Shown: piece after piece, positions 12,990 through 26,390 of the stretch | How positions within the stretch are numbered: position 1 is the stretch's first letter | Layout of the letters: each line of letters begins with the position of its first letter | NCBI GenBank assembly: GCA_964016885.1 | Contig: CAXHJY010000443.1 | Span: forward strand, 122,638-186,637 | Direction: 5' to 3' | Length of the DNA stretch: 64,000 nt | From: Eledone cirrhosa | Lineage: Eukaryota | Translations under genes and position numbers: made by a program | The notes under the pieces: model-generated | Database searches by the model: none | What the model was told of the DNA's origin: nothing | What the model saw: only the letters and a program-made list of their open reading frames with translations

Positions 12990-13170
12990 ATGGCAGTATC
13001 GGTAGAGGGTCGGACGCCATGCTTTGCAGCACAGTTACGTCCCTCTACGGTCTGAGTTCAAATCCCGCCAAGGTTCACTTTACCTTTCATCCTTACGGGG
13101 TCGATAAAATAAAGTACCAGTAATGCACTGGGTAATTGCTGGCCTTGTGCCAAAAAGTAGAAACAATTAT
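12990..13170 (+). mobile_element. SINE family 2; other copies about 2640-2755(-), 28443-28630(-), 30140-30335(-), 50440-50585(-)
   Basis: tRNA-like head (tggcagtatcggtag ... gagttcaaatccc), core cctttcatccttacggggtcgataaaataaagtaccag recalled as Meta-domain-like, tail ttgtgccaaaaagtagaaa. Confidence 0.75.
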
Positions 13171-13677
13171 TAACTCTACAAATCATATACATATATATAT
13201 TGTTAACTGTCTATACTGCTCATTTCTAGTTGTAATGTTCTTATATAATTTTTCAAATTTTCTTGTGTATATTGTTTGGTATATTTTTATATATGTCATT
13301 CACTCTTGAATTTCTATTATTTATAGCTCGGAATTTGTCCTAGAGCTTTCATTATAGGCGATATGGTGCATGTCCGTAATTCTTCAGACAGAATTTTCAT
13401 TCATTTTAGTAATATAAATATGTTCCTAAATTTTATTTGGTAGAGCTTCTTATTGTTGAATGGTTTTTGGCTGATATTTCTAAATATCCACATACCTATT
13501 TATGTCACATAGGCAAACTGAAGCGCAGTGTTATTTCTTAACTACATGTGCATTTGGCCAGTCCCTAGATTTGGTTAGAGGTGTAAGTTCATATGGATTT
13601 AGCTCTCTCTCGCTGATGACTCTAGCTTAACATTTGAACTTCACCATTTGAAAATGAAACAGTTCTATTGCCATTGA

Positions 13678-13895
13678 CCCTTTAGCATTTATTTTACTCT
13701 ATATATACTATTATATTTTCATGGTAAAGACTTTACCTTACATAATTATTTCACATAATATCGAATCTATGAGATTTTAATATTTATTTTTACAACAATG
13801 CCTTAACGTTGGTATGAGTGGCCAGTTACAGCTGGTTTGAACAGAAAGAGGTGAGAGAATTCTAGCCGGATATGGCCGGTTTAAATGCTAAAGGG
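13678..13895. mobile_element. About 220-bp TTAA-specific piggyBac-type MITE (family 1); copies at 26395-26615, 37961-38171, 38720-39253 (nested) and 48422-48972
   Basis: TIRs CCCTTTAGCATTTA/TAAATGCTAAAGGG, TTAA-type flanks, shared interior across copies. Confidence 0.9.
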
Positions 13896-14380
13896 TTAAG
13901 GAATTGTGTACGAGAGAATAAAATAATTATTTTGTATTCAATATGTACTGTTTGATTATTTCTTTATTAAACTGTCTCTACCGCTCATTAATAGATTTAT
14001 AGCTGATATGTTCTTACATTTTTTTGCGAATTATCTCCTGTGCATTGTTTGACATATTCTTATATTTGTATATATGTAATTTGCACTTGAATTTATATTA
14101 TATATATATCATCATCATGATATGTATATATATAATATAAATTCAAGAGAGAATTACATATATAAGAATATGTTAAATATATATATATATATATATATAT
14201 AGTAATAATAATAAATTTGAAGACTAAAATCCAAAGAGGGCTCAATAAGGATAAATATATATCAAATATATAAAAACTGTAGAGCAAATATTTATTAAAA
14301 TAACAGGCAGTAAAACCAGTTAGACCTCAATACTTGGGGTAGTAGAGTTGGTAATATGAAAATGGGGCCCAAAATGTTTC

Positions 14381-14492
<112 letters not shown>

Positions 14493-14733
14493 ATCATCAG
14501 TTTTCACATCAACATTTCTATGTCAGCATGGGTTGGATGTGATTTTTTTGAGGCAATGTTTTACAACTGGATGCCCTTCCTGGCACCAACCCTTTTAATT
14601 GTACATATATTAGATGCAAACTCTTGGCTTCTCTGGGAGATCAGCAGACTCGCTTCAATACTGACATGGTCTGTGATGGCACATCCAACCCTTGCTCGCA
14701 GGACATGAAATGATGTGTGTGTGTGTGTATATA

Positions 14734-15558
14734 CGAGGTGTGTCAGAAAAGTTTCAGGACTGATGTCACAAAAGATTTATTTCAAACCCAAATTTCACAC
14801 TAAGAGTTTTCTCCTTCAAAGTAATCCCCCTGGAGTCTCATGCACTTTTCCATCCTTTTCTGCCACGCTTGCATGCACTCCTCAAAGGATTCTTCCGGGA
14901 TCCTCTGCAGTTCCGTCATCACAGCCTTTTTGATGTCGTCCACTTCTTCAAAACGGGTCCCTTCCGGGTCGTACTCAAAGATCCATGACTCATCACCGGT
15001 GATGACTGTCCCTAGCAAGTCTGGTTCGGTTTTAAGACGCTCGAGGATGTCCTGGCACACTTGCATGCGTCGACCCTTCTGGTCATCGTTCAGCAGTTTT
15101 GGCACCATCTTCGTGCAGACTTTCCGCATGTCCAAATTTTCAGTGAGAATCTTCCAGACGCTGTCCCGATTCATGCCCAGTTCATCTGCCATCAGTCGAA
15201 CAGTCAGCCGACGATCGCTACGCACCATCTGCCTGACGCGCTCAACATTGACCTCAGTCCTGGGGTCATCTTCCACGTCCTCGCGTCCTTCTTTAAACCT
15301 CTTGCACCATTCAAAAACACGTGAGCGTGACATTGTCTCATCTCCATACACTTGCTGCAGTGGAGTTTTCCCCAACCGTACCAGAAACTTCAAGTTTGCT
15401 CATCATTGCTCTGTGCTCATTGCTTGACGACCTGAAACAGAGGACATGTATATAAAATTATGAAGAAAAAAGTTTGATCGCTGCAGGGGGATTGTGAAGT
15501 TTGGGTTTGAAATAAATCTTTTGTGACATCAGTCCTGGAACTTTTCTTACACACCTCA
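14734..15558 (-). mobile_element. Mariner transposon, internally deleted, both ~65-bp TIRs and TA flanks present
   Basis: TIR cgaggtgtgtcagaaaagtttcaggactgatgtcacaaaagatttatttcaaaccc with its reverse complement at about 15494-15558. ORF 14800-15393 has mariner HTH motifs, a (W)VPKLL-like motif and ITGDESW. Confidence 0.95.
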
Positions 15559-15700
15559 TATATATATATATATAAGGTGGTCAGCCAAACTGACAACAAC
15601 TGGCCTTAACTGCCTTCGAGTCATAAACATTTTTCTCTGTTTTTTTAGCCTCTTGGATTATGCTTACCATTATTCTTTTATTATATAACTTTTATGCAAT

Positions 15701-15762
15701 AAACACCTGATGATGTCTCCAGGACCTTACGGAACTTGGTCACTGAAATGTACATAGTGTTT
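15701..15762 (+). ncRNA. Probable hammerhead ribozyme of another Penelope-like fragment (about 15575-15960)
   Basis: AAACAC-CTGATGA-(imperfect stem II)-GAAA-TGTACA-TA-GTGTTT: 6-bp stem I, palindromic stem III, AATAAA just downstream. Confidence 0.55.
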
Positions 15763-16759
15763 GCTATAATAAATCTTTGAAGGAATTTCACCAGTCCAGC
15801 CTCCTGTCATTTTACTCAATAATGATTAACTCCGTTCGCGAACCACCAAGATTCAACATCGAAGATGGAGGAGTTGCATAATGGCGAGTGCTTTTCCTAA
15901 TATTACATCATGGTTGACTATACGGAATGATCAGTTCTATCCAGTGGTGAACCACCAAACCTAAGTGTGTGTGTATAAGTATAATGTAAATGCCATTTTC
16001 CTTATCTCTCTCCAGCCTATCGGTCCATTCATTCATATTGTTCTAAATAATCTTCTCTTTGCTATCGGTCCATTCATTCATATATCCGTATCATCGCCCA
16101 GAATCGAATCTTTTGCTCTCTCTCAATGCTATTCTATAATTCTGTCTGGTTGTTTCTAAATAATCTTCTTGTATTTTAAAACCCCATTATTCGCTTATTA
16201 TTACTGTTATATACTTCTCCAATTATGCCCAAAATTCGAAGATTTCATTTAAAACCTCTCGCTAACTACCCCATTTGTTTTTTCTAAAATAACAATCTTG
16301 TTTGTTTAATTTTGGCCGAAAAAAATTCTAGGATTTATAAAATGGCCTCATTGTCCCTCTTATCCTTTACCCCCGGCCCCACTATATCGTATTACGCGCC
16401 GGCTAGGTCACCCTTTCAATCACTCCCTTATCTCACCAAATATAAATAAACATGTCGCGAGGTACGAATCTCAGAATTTGTCAACGCTTATAAATGGTCA
16501 GACCTCGTCATTCCCTGCGAAGTATAATGTAAATGCCATTTTCCTTATCTCTCTCCAGCCTATCGGTCCATTCATTCATATTGTTCTAAATAATCTTCTC
16601 TTTGCTAACTACCCCATACCCCTCCTTCCCGCCTCCACTCTCGACCTTATTATTTGGACCAATCACAAGTCAACGGCCTATGCTATCACTTCTGGCTGCT
16701 TTTCGATATGATGGATGGACTAAGGAATTTCTGGAGAGTCTGAAGAATCTGGACACTCG

Positions 16760-19700
16760 ATGACAATGCCAAAGATGACGACAAATTCACCGCATGCTGC
16801 CGGACGAAAGGGCAAGGCCCCCTCCTCTTTGTTTCGGCCGCGGATGACCAACATAACCCCAACCCTATCCCTGCACACTATCCCTGCGCCCCATCCCCCA
16901 AACACAATCCAAAACTTCAGAGTTGGCACCATGAATGTAGGCACCTTAAAAGGCCGCTCTAACGAGGTTATAGAAATGCTTGAACGTAAGGAGGTTGATG
17001 TTTGCTGTATCCAAGAAACCAGGTGGAGGGGCGGGTCTGCTAGATTCATTGTGGGTAAAAAACGTTGCTATAAGCTTTTCTGGGTGGGAAATGACAATGG
17101 GATAGGTGGGGTAGGAATCATGTTAGCAGAAAAATGGGTGGATAAGATAATAGATGTAAATAGAGTAAATGACAGAATAATTAAAATAAGACTTGTTCTA
17201 AATAGAACTACTGTGACAGTAATATCTGCATACGCGCCCCAATCCGGACTGCCTGGTGCTATAAAAGACAGATTCTATGAGACAATGATGCTCACTACCT
17301 CCCAAATAACCGACAGTGACTATATAATTATTGCTGGCGACCTAAATGGCCACGTTGGACAACATTGTGACGGCTATGAAGGAATCCACGGAGGCTATGG
17401 GTTTGGTACTAGAAACGAGGAAGGCTCCAGAATCCTGGAATTCTGTGATGCAAATAACCTAACTATCTGTAACACTAACTTCAAAAAACGAGACAATCAC
17501 TTGATCACCTACAGATCAGGGGAACATACCAGCCAGGTAGATTATATCCTTACCAGAAGAAGTGACAGAGTGTCTGTTGTAAACACTAAATCCCTCCCCC
17601 ATGAAGAAAGCACCTCCCAACATAGACTGATAATTAGCGACCTCATAGTCAGGACGAGACGTACTAGACAGCAGAAGAGGACTATACTCAGGAGAAAAAT
17701 ATGGAAGCTAAAGGACCCCACAGCCAGAAATAAATTTAAAAGCATATTACTTGATGCTTTCGACAGTAAGCAAGAGCAATTAGAGTCGTACAATATAGAG
17801 GAACAGTGGGAATTCCTGAAAGCAAACCTGCTGATGGCGGCAGGCAAAGTCTGTGGCTGGAGCAGGCCTGTAGGCAGGAGGAGAGTAACATGGTGGTGGA
17901 AGAGTAAGGTCGAGGAGTCAATTAAGGCCAAAAAGCAGGCTTGGAAAGTATGGCGGGATGGGGGAAGTAGAGAAGACTATCAAGTGGCCAGGAGGGAAGC
18001 TAGGAGACAAGTGTACTTCGCAAGAAGGGAAGCAGAGGAAAGAAAGTTCAAGCATGTTCTACAACACGAGGACCAAAAACGTGAGGTGTTCAGGATTGCT
18101 AGGCAATGTGTCAAGGAAAACCGTGATATTGTCGGGGAGAAGTGTGTACTTAATGATGATGGCGTGCTTGCCATCACTGACGCTGATAAGAAGGTAGCTT
18201 GGAAGTGTCACTACAAAAGGCTACTAAATGAGGAGAATAAATGGGAGAAAGACAGTCTCCCCCACATCGACCCAATAGAGGGACCAGCAGTGTTAGTCGA
18301 AGGTAGTATAATAAGTAAGGCAATCAAAGATATGAAGACGGGTAAGGCGGATGGGCCTTCGGAAATAGTTGCTGAGATGCTGAAAGCCTCTGGAACGGTG
18401 GGACACACCATGGTCACCCGGATAGTAAACCAAGTCATACAGAATGGGGTTGTTCCGAAGCACTGGCGTAGCAGCATCATCATTAACTGCTACAAGGGTA
18501 AAGGAGACGCCCTAGATAGGAGTAACTATAGAGGCATTAAATTAATCGACCAGGTCATGAAGGTTACGGAAAAAGTAATAGCGCAACTAATCAGAGAGAG
18601 AGAATTGATCTAGATGAAATGCAGTTCGGGTTTGTGTCAGGCAAAAGTACCACAGACGCTCTTTTCATTGTACGACAACTACAGGAGAAGTACCTAGCTA
18701 AAAGTAAACCCCTATACTTAGCTTTTGTCGACTTGGAGAAAGCCTTCGACAGAGTCCCCCGTTGTATAGCCATATATAAAGAAACAGTCAGCAAGATTAA
18801 CAACGAATATAGTGAAGAATTTAGCGTAAAAGTTGGTGTTCATCAGGGCTCTGTTCTTAGCCCCCTACTATTTATTATTGCCCTTCAGGCTATAACAGTG
18901 GAGTTCAAGACCGGCTGCCCATGGGAATTCCTATACGCAGATGATCTAACGCTCATAGCTGAATCAATGGCCGAGCTAGAGAAGAAATTCCAAACATAGA
19001 AGCACGGCCTAGAATCAAAAGGCCTTAAAATTAACCTGGCTAAGACTAAAGTTCTAGTTTGTAGGAAAGAAAATAAGGCGCCGGTCCCTTCCGGGAAATG
19101 GCCATGCTCAGTGTGTAGGAAAGGCGTAGGTAGAAACTCCATTTTATGTCCCAAATGTAAAGTATGGGTGCATGAAAGATGTAGTGGGATCACAGGTAAG
19201 CTAACTAAGAACATAGATTTTATATGTGGCCGGTGCTCTGGTGCAATAAGTAGCAGCAAGTGCGCACTAAATACTAGCTCCTTCAATTGCGCAGAAGGTT
19301 CTATAGAAATAGTGGACAGCTTCCATTACCTGGGTGACAAAATCAGCAGTGGGGGAGAGTGCTCTGAAAGTACAGTAGCTAGAGTCAGAACTGGATGGAA
19401 AAAGTTCAGAGAGCTTATACCACTATTAGCCGCTAAAGGGTTCTCTCTAAAAATGAAAGGCAGACTGTATGATGCCTGCATACGAACAGCAATGTTGCAT
19501 GGCAGTGAGACCTGGGCATTGTGTGCAGAGGATATACGCAGACTAGAGAGGAACAAAGCTTACATGCTCCGCTGGATGTGTAATAGTAATATACGCGAAC
19601 GGCAAAGCATAAACGAACTAAGGGAAAAATTAGAAATAAGAGGGATCAGATGTTGTTTACTCGAGAGAAGGCTACGTTGGTATGGTCACGTGATGCGCAT

Positions 19701-20270
19701 GAAAGACGACAGCTGTATAAAGTGCAGGGCAATAAAGATAGACGGTAGCCACGGAGTAGGCAGACCCAGAAAAGCCTGGGACGACCTGATAAATTCCGAC
19801 CTCACACACTTACACCTTTCCAAGACAATGTCACTGGACCGAGATCTTTGGCGGTACTCAGTAATAGAGAAGACCCGCCTTACCTAAATACAAAGTAAAA
19901 TCTACTACAGTCAGCAGGCATGTCTAACAAAATACACCCCCGTCCCACCACCCCCACCCCATCCACACTGCCCCTTTCAATGTAAAGTTATGTTGGTGCC
20001 ACAACATCCAGGCCGAAACATATGAGATCGTGTAGGTGTCACGACAAAAAAACACACAGTCTACGCTGTAATGTGGCCGTGTAGGCAACACGGTAAAAAC
20101 CTCCCAGTCCCACACTGTAAATGTGGTTGGTGTTAGGAAGGGCACCCAGCTGTAGAAAACCCGCCAAACAGTCCTATGCGAGCAAGACAACCACTCTTGC
20201 CTCAAGTGGGAAAACTCCCGTCCAAACCCATGCAAGCGTGGAACATAGACGTTAAATGATGATGATGATA
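16760..20270 (+). mobile_element. Near full-length RTE non-LTR retrotransposon (APE endonuclease + RT + PHD-like finger), disrupted
   Basis: ORF 16760-18613 has GTMNV, IQETRW, SAYAPQ, GDLNGHVG, VDYIL; later frames have FVDLEKAFD, GVHQGSVLSP, YADDL, YLG. Frameshifts, stops and a ~60-bp deletion near 18762; (GAT)n tail. The 5'UTR may extend to about 15970. Confidence 0.97.
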
Positions 20271-20281
20271 TATATATATAA

Positions 20282-21273
20282 TCATCATCATCATCATCAT
20301 TTTACGTCCGCTCTTCCCTGCTTGCAAGGGTGGGACGGGTCTTATTCAGCACAACATCTCTCCACTTGTCACGGTCCATCGTCATCTCCACCGTGAGCTT
20401 CAGCGATCTGAGGTCTGTTCTCACCACCTCCGTCCATGTTTATCATGGTCTACCTCTACCACGTCTTCCTTCAACTGGCATTTCCTGGCATTTCTTTACC
20501 CATCGGTCATCCTCCATGCGCATCACATGTCCATACCACCTCAGTCTCCTCTCTCGCACACTACATTCTCTCTTAACACATTCATGCTGGGTCATTCGCG
20601 CACATTTACACTGCACATCCAACGGAGCATGCTTGCCTCATTTCTCTCCAGCCATCGCATATCCTCTGCAGTTGCTGCCCATGTCTCACTACCATGCAGC
20701 ATCGCACTCTTCACACAGGCATCATACAACCGGCCTTGCGTATGCAGGCAGAAACCCTTCTTCGTCAGCAGAGGAAGCAGCTCCATAAACTTCTTCCAAC
20801 CCATCCTTATTTGAGATACTATGGCCTCGGAACACCCCTCCCCTCCCATGCTAATCTGATCTCCTAGGTACCGGAAGCTATCCACCACTTCTATAGCACC
20901 CGCCTGTATTTGAAAAATGTGTCTATCAATGCGACTTCCACTGTCTAATTTCCCTGTACATCTACTGCATACATATTTCTCCCTACCTGTTAGTTTGCCT
21001 GCTATCCCGCTACATCTCTTGTGTACCCAGGATCTGCATTGTGTGCATTTTATAGAATTTATGCCAGTTCCTTTTCTGCATATCAAAGATGGCCATTTCC
21101 CTGACGGAATCAGAGTGTTGTCCTCTTTTCTACTCATCAACACTTTTGTCTTAGCTAGGTTCACTCTCAGTCCTCTTGTTTCCAACTGCTGTTTCCATAG
21201 CCAGAATTTATTCTCTAGCTCCTCTACTGATTCTGCTATAAGAACCAGATCATCAGCATAAAGAAGTTCCCAT
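20282..21273 (-). mobile_element. 5'-truncated RTE, subfamily B, tail-to-tail with the previous copy
   Basis: ORF 20592-21185 encodes the RT C-terminus with zinc finger; short 3'UTR cccacccttgcaagcagggaagagcggacgtaaaa(tga)n. Confidence 0.92.
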
Positions 21274-21437
21274 ATATATATATATTCAACATAGAAATGG
21301 CTTCTACAGGACTAGAAATGTTTCATTTGAAGGAAATCATCATGTAGAAGCCATTTCTATATCAAATATTTATACTCTGCTATGTATTGAGTACCTTACT
21401 TACTGTGGTTACCCCCGATTAAACCTGGGATACACAG

Positions 21438-21477
<40 letters not shown>

Positions 21478-22180
21478 ACACACACACACCAAATAATAAA
21501 ACCACATAATTACAAAGCAGACTCCTTAACCACACAGCTAAGAAAAAAAAACTTGTGTTTTTCAATCTTTTTCTCCCACAAATTCGACATATTTGATGAA
21601 AATTCCTTTAACTGATTAATGAAACCTAAAGAATGTTTTGTAGCTTTTTTTTTTTTATTTTCTGTTCATAGGTGTTTACTTTGTTCTCAAGATTCAATAT
21701 GCCCCTCTTCTCTTTTTCTCTATCTATCTGTCCCTCTCTTTCACTGTCTATCTGTCTCTCTTTTTCTCTGTCGATATGTCTCTTTCTTTCACTGTCTATC
21801 TCTCTCGCTCTCCCTCTGTCTCTCTTGCTCTTTCTGTTTATCTGCCTTTCTCTTTCTTTCTCTCTCTGGCATTTATTGTAGGTGAAGACAAGGACTGGAG
21901 ATGATAGCTACGAAAAAAAAAATTTTCTTTTTCTTTTTTCATACAAATTCGACATTTATGATTAATTCCTTTGGATTAATGAAGCCTTACAACTGTATTG
22001 TATTTCCTAATTACTATATGTCCTACACACACGCCCACTCAACTTAGCCCCTTCAACCAGATTCTTGAAAAGGCTTCAAAATCATTGTGCCATGACATTA
22101 AACTTTTTGAGACTACCTTCACAAGATCACAACTCCGATACATATATTTGGAGACATTTTCAACAAGTAGAAACCTAGAC

Positions 22181-23860
22181 TCATCATCACCGTTTTACGT
22201 CCGTTCTTCCACGCTAGCATGGGTTAGACGGGTTGTTCTATTGTGGGCAGTGTCCAGTCGGCTGACTTTGTCTTGCTCATACGGGAACTGATTCTGGCTT
22301 GATGCCCTTCCTAACACCAACCTCATTTACGGTGAGTGCTGGGTGCTTTTTGTCCGTGGCGCCTACACGTCCACTTTACAGTGTGGGCTGGGTGCTTTAT
22401 TGCCGTGGCACCTCCACGACCACTTTGCAGTGGGAGGGTATGGGGGCATATTGTCTATATACTTCAGCTTCAGCTTGTACCCGTGGGGGGGGGGGGTCTT
22501 CTGTATTACTGCGTGATGCCAGAGGTCACAGTCGTGTGTCATCGCCTTTGAGAGGTGTAATTGGGTCTCCCCACTCCACGGTTTCCATTGATTTCTATTG
22601 CTCTGAACCTTTTTATGCAGCTGTCATCCTTCATACGCATTGCATGTCCATACCAACGCAACCGCCTCTCCTGCACACAGCATTTGATTCCTCTTATGCT
22701 CAGTCTCTCTCTCAATTCATTTGCCGTTCGCGTATATTACTATTACACATCCATCAGAGCATGCAGGCTTCATTTCTTTCTAATCTACGCAAGTCTTCCA
22801 CAGACAGCGCCCAGGTCTCACTACCATGTAACATTGCTGTTCGTATACACGCATCATACAGTCTGCCTTTCATTTTGAGGGAAAAGCCTTTTGCAGTTAG
22901 CAGTGGCAGTAGCTCCCTGAACTTCTTCCATCCCGTTCTTACCCTAGTTATTGTACTTTCCGAACACCCACCTCCGTTGCTAATTCAGTCACCTAGGTAG
23001 CAGAAGCTGTCTACTGTTTCTACAGAGCCCTCCCAGAGTTTGGTGGTACTTGTTTCCTGCTGTTCCTGCTTGTGGCTGTTTGCTGCTTGCTGTCCCAGCA
23101 CAGCTGCTACATGTGAAGCCTACATTCTTAGTTAAGCTTCCTGAGATCCCGCTACATCTCTTGTGTACCCATTGTTTGCATTTGGGGCAGAGAATGGAGT
23201 TTCTACCTACACCTTTCCTACATACTGAGCAAGGCCATTTCCCTGAGGGGATCTGGGTTCTGTTTTCTCGTCTACTTACAAGGACCTTAGTCTTTGTCAG
23301 GTTGACTTTGAGACCCTTTCTTTCTAGTCCCAACTTCCAATTTTGGAATTTCTTCTCTAGTACTACCATAGATTCAGCTATAAGTGTGAGGTCATCTGCA
23401 TACAGGAGTCCCATGGGCATCCGGTTTTAAACTCCTCCGTTATTGCCTGCAGGACTATGATGAACAGGAGAGGGCTAAGAACAGAGCTCTGGTGGACACC
23501 AACCTGTATGTTAAATTCCTCGCCATACTCATTGCTAATCCTAACTTTGCTGACTGCTCCCCTATAGATAGCTTGTACAAGCCATTCATCTATTCCTAGT
23601 TTTCTAAGAGCCCACCAGATTATAGCACGGGGCATTCTGTCAAAGGCCTTCTCGAGATCGACGAATGCCAGGTAGAGTGGTTTTACTTTTAGCTAGGTAC
23701 TTTTCCTGTAACTGCCTCACAAGGAAGAGGGCATCAGTGGTGCCTCTTCCTGGCACAAACCCAAATTGCATCTTATCTAGTTTCACCCGGTCCCTAATCA
23801 ACTGTGCTATAACTCTTTCTGTTACTTTCATGACCTGGTCCATCAGCTTTATACCTCTAT
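22181..23860 (-). mobile_element. 5'-truncated RTE, subfamily C
   Basis: ORFs 23640-23843, 23378-23635 and 22989-23420 give MQFGFVPG, GVHQSSVLSP, YADDL and the zinc finger; 3'UTR carries 48-bp-type units. Confidence 0.92.
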
Positions 23861-24174
23861 TAAATATTAATAAATATATCTGTGTGTAGCATCTTGACTA
23901 CAATATCATCATCATATACATTGTTGCTGAATGTCAGCTATAACAACATTCATTTTCTCAGTCTAGACCAGAGGTTCTCAAACTTTTCGAAGCCCTATCT
24001 AGTACTACATCCAGAAATATTATAAAGACAAGCCATTTTTCGTTGGAACTTAGTTTTGTTGTTTTCTGACCTGAATTTCTTTAGATTAAGATGTTTAGAT
24101 TGAATGCTTAGCCAGTTCTTGTAATAACTAACTGATATGAGAATACAAATATCACCACACAGATGAGACTATAG

Positions 24175-26390
24175 CGTTAAAACCCAACAGAGGTTACTGA
24201 CCGTGCAGGGATTATCACCATCTCAACAAAAGCTACCCTATTCCACATATACAAATCTTCTCCGCCCAGTTACGAGGGTGCTCAATTTTCTCTAAAATCT
24301 ACCTCATCTGAGTTTATCATCAAATACCTGCAGACAAATTCCTAAGACTACCATTATCATTCCCTTCTGACTGCATGGATTTCTACGTACAACTTTCAGG
24401 TTAAAAACACAGCACAATCCTTTTAATGTTTGAAGGACTCTGTGTACCAGGGTGTAGACTTTGTTTTGGTATACCAGGATGGTATCCTGAATGCAAGTAC
24501 AGAACTCCCACAACAAGCATCTGTTGGCTCTTTTTGATAGGCTTGAACAATATGGTTTAGTAGTCAATCCTGCAGAGTGTGTCTTTGGTATTAAAGAAAT
24601 CGACTTTCTTGGACATCGAATTACAGGTACTGGTGCTACCCTCACCCCTATCAGAAAAGGTGGAAACTATCTTATCTTTTCCACACCCCACCACAAACAA
24701 GGCCCTGCACTAATTCGTGAGAATGGCAAACTTTTATCCTTGTACCATCTGTGGCTAAATTGATGAGACCACTGTTCAAAGTTCTATCGGGAAAAAATTC
24801 CAAAAAACATGTGGAGTTGAGAAATTACCTCAGCCTTTGAATCATCAAAAGCTCTAGCTAAAACAACAATGTTTTCTCATCCCTACATGTCAGCATCAAC
24901 TGCACTCACAATGGATGCTTTTGATACAGCCATTGGTGGTGCTTTGGAATAATACATTAGTGACAACCTCTAATGTTCTTTAGTCAACAACTTCAACTAC
25001 CTGAACAGAAATATAGTGCTTTTGACAAGGAATTGCTAGCTGCCATTTAGGTGTTCAATATTTTCGCTACTTTTTGGAAGGTCAACCTTTCAGTTTGCAC
25101 AGACCACAAACCACTCCCCTTTGCTATGAACAAGCTATCAGTCATGATCTGAACATCAGCACTGACAATTATCAGCCATTTTTTAATACACTACTGATAT
25201 TCAGCATATATTAGTGCAGGGCCTTGTTTGTGCTGATGCACTCTCTAGGGCCCCTATTGACTGACACCGACATAGCCTCGATGACAGAAAGCTATGGCCG
25301 TAGCTCAACAAACATGATGATAGTAGGGCCTACCATATTGCTACCACTTCCTTTATCTTGCAGATTATACATTTTGGCTCCAACGGAACAGCCCTCCTTT
25401 GCAATGTATCCACCAAGAAATCACAACCAATTGTTCCATCAGTCTGGCACTGAAAAGTTCTTGACATCATTCACGGATTCCCTCCTCCTGGTACCAGAGC
25501 CACACATTGCCTGATATCATACAAATTTGTCTGGCATGATATAGCCAAACAAATTGGAGAGTGAACAAAAACCTGTATCCCTTGCCAACAACCCAAATTC
25601 CATCAGCATAGCAAAGCACCTCATAGCATCTCTGAACCTCCACGGGCCCTTCTCAACCATGTCAGTATCAACCTTGTTGGCCCCCTACCACCTTTGCTGG
25701 GTTATTTATACCTACTAACCATGGTGGACTGCTTTACTCATTGGCCTGAGGCCATACTTCTCTGTAGCACAGAAACACAAGAGTTCAGCTGTGCCTTTGT
25801 TACAAACTTTGTTGCCCGTTACAGTGTTGTGTCATCATTAGAACTGCTAATTGTTATTGGAACTGATATGGTGTTTTCACCACTGGTCCTGTGTGTGTAC
25901 TTAATTGGTTCTTTGGTATCTGTTCATCATCAGAAGGTGGTGTGATATGCCTAGAACAACCTCTGCTTGCTGGTTGAGCCACTTAAACAGGAATGTCAAT
26001 GTCGAGATAGGCTGGTTTCAATCTATCAATGGAAACTGTCCTGTCAGTCTCCAATCAGGAGTTGAAATGACTTAAACTCTGGATAAATCACTTCATATGG
26101 TCCATCATAAGGTGACTGAAGTGGTTTTCACTAGGCATCATGTCAAATGAACACAAACTTTGCTTTTTGAAGATCATTTGGAATAGAGGACTTCGGTGTA
26201 CTGTGCATTGACATGGGGGTAAGGGGTACCTGACCTACGTTGTCTCTCAGCTATTGAAGATACTATTTAACATCAGGGTCTCATTTTGTGTTTGGAATGA
26301 ATTTACCAGGTACAATAAGAGAAGTACTGTACACCATATCTGTGAATGAAATGTTAAGGTCTTCATTCAGGTCTCCAGTTATAGCATTAG
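24175..26390 (+). mobile_element. Degenerate Ty3/Gypsy pol (RT-RNaseH-integrase); integrase C-terminus inverted
   Basis: YPIPHIQ..FSKI, LFDRLEQYGLVVNPAECVFGIKEIDFLGH, DA.DTAIGGAL, YSAFDKELLA and YLLTMVDCFTHWPEA on +; KPLQSPYDGPYEV and SIDRLKPAYL on - near 26000-26150. Confidence 0.88.
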
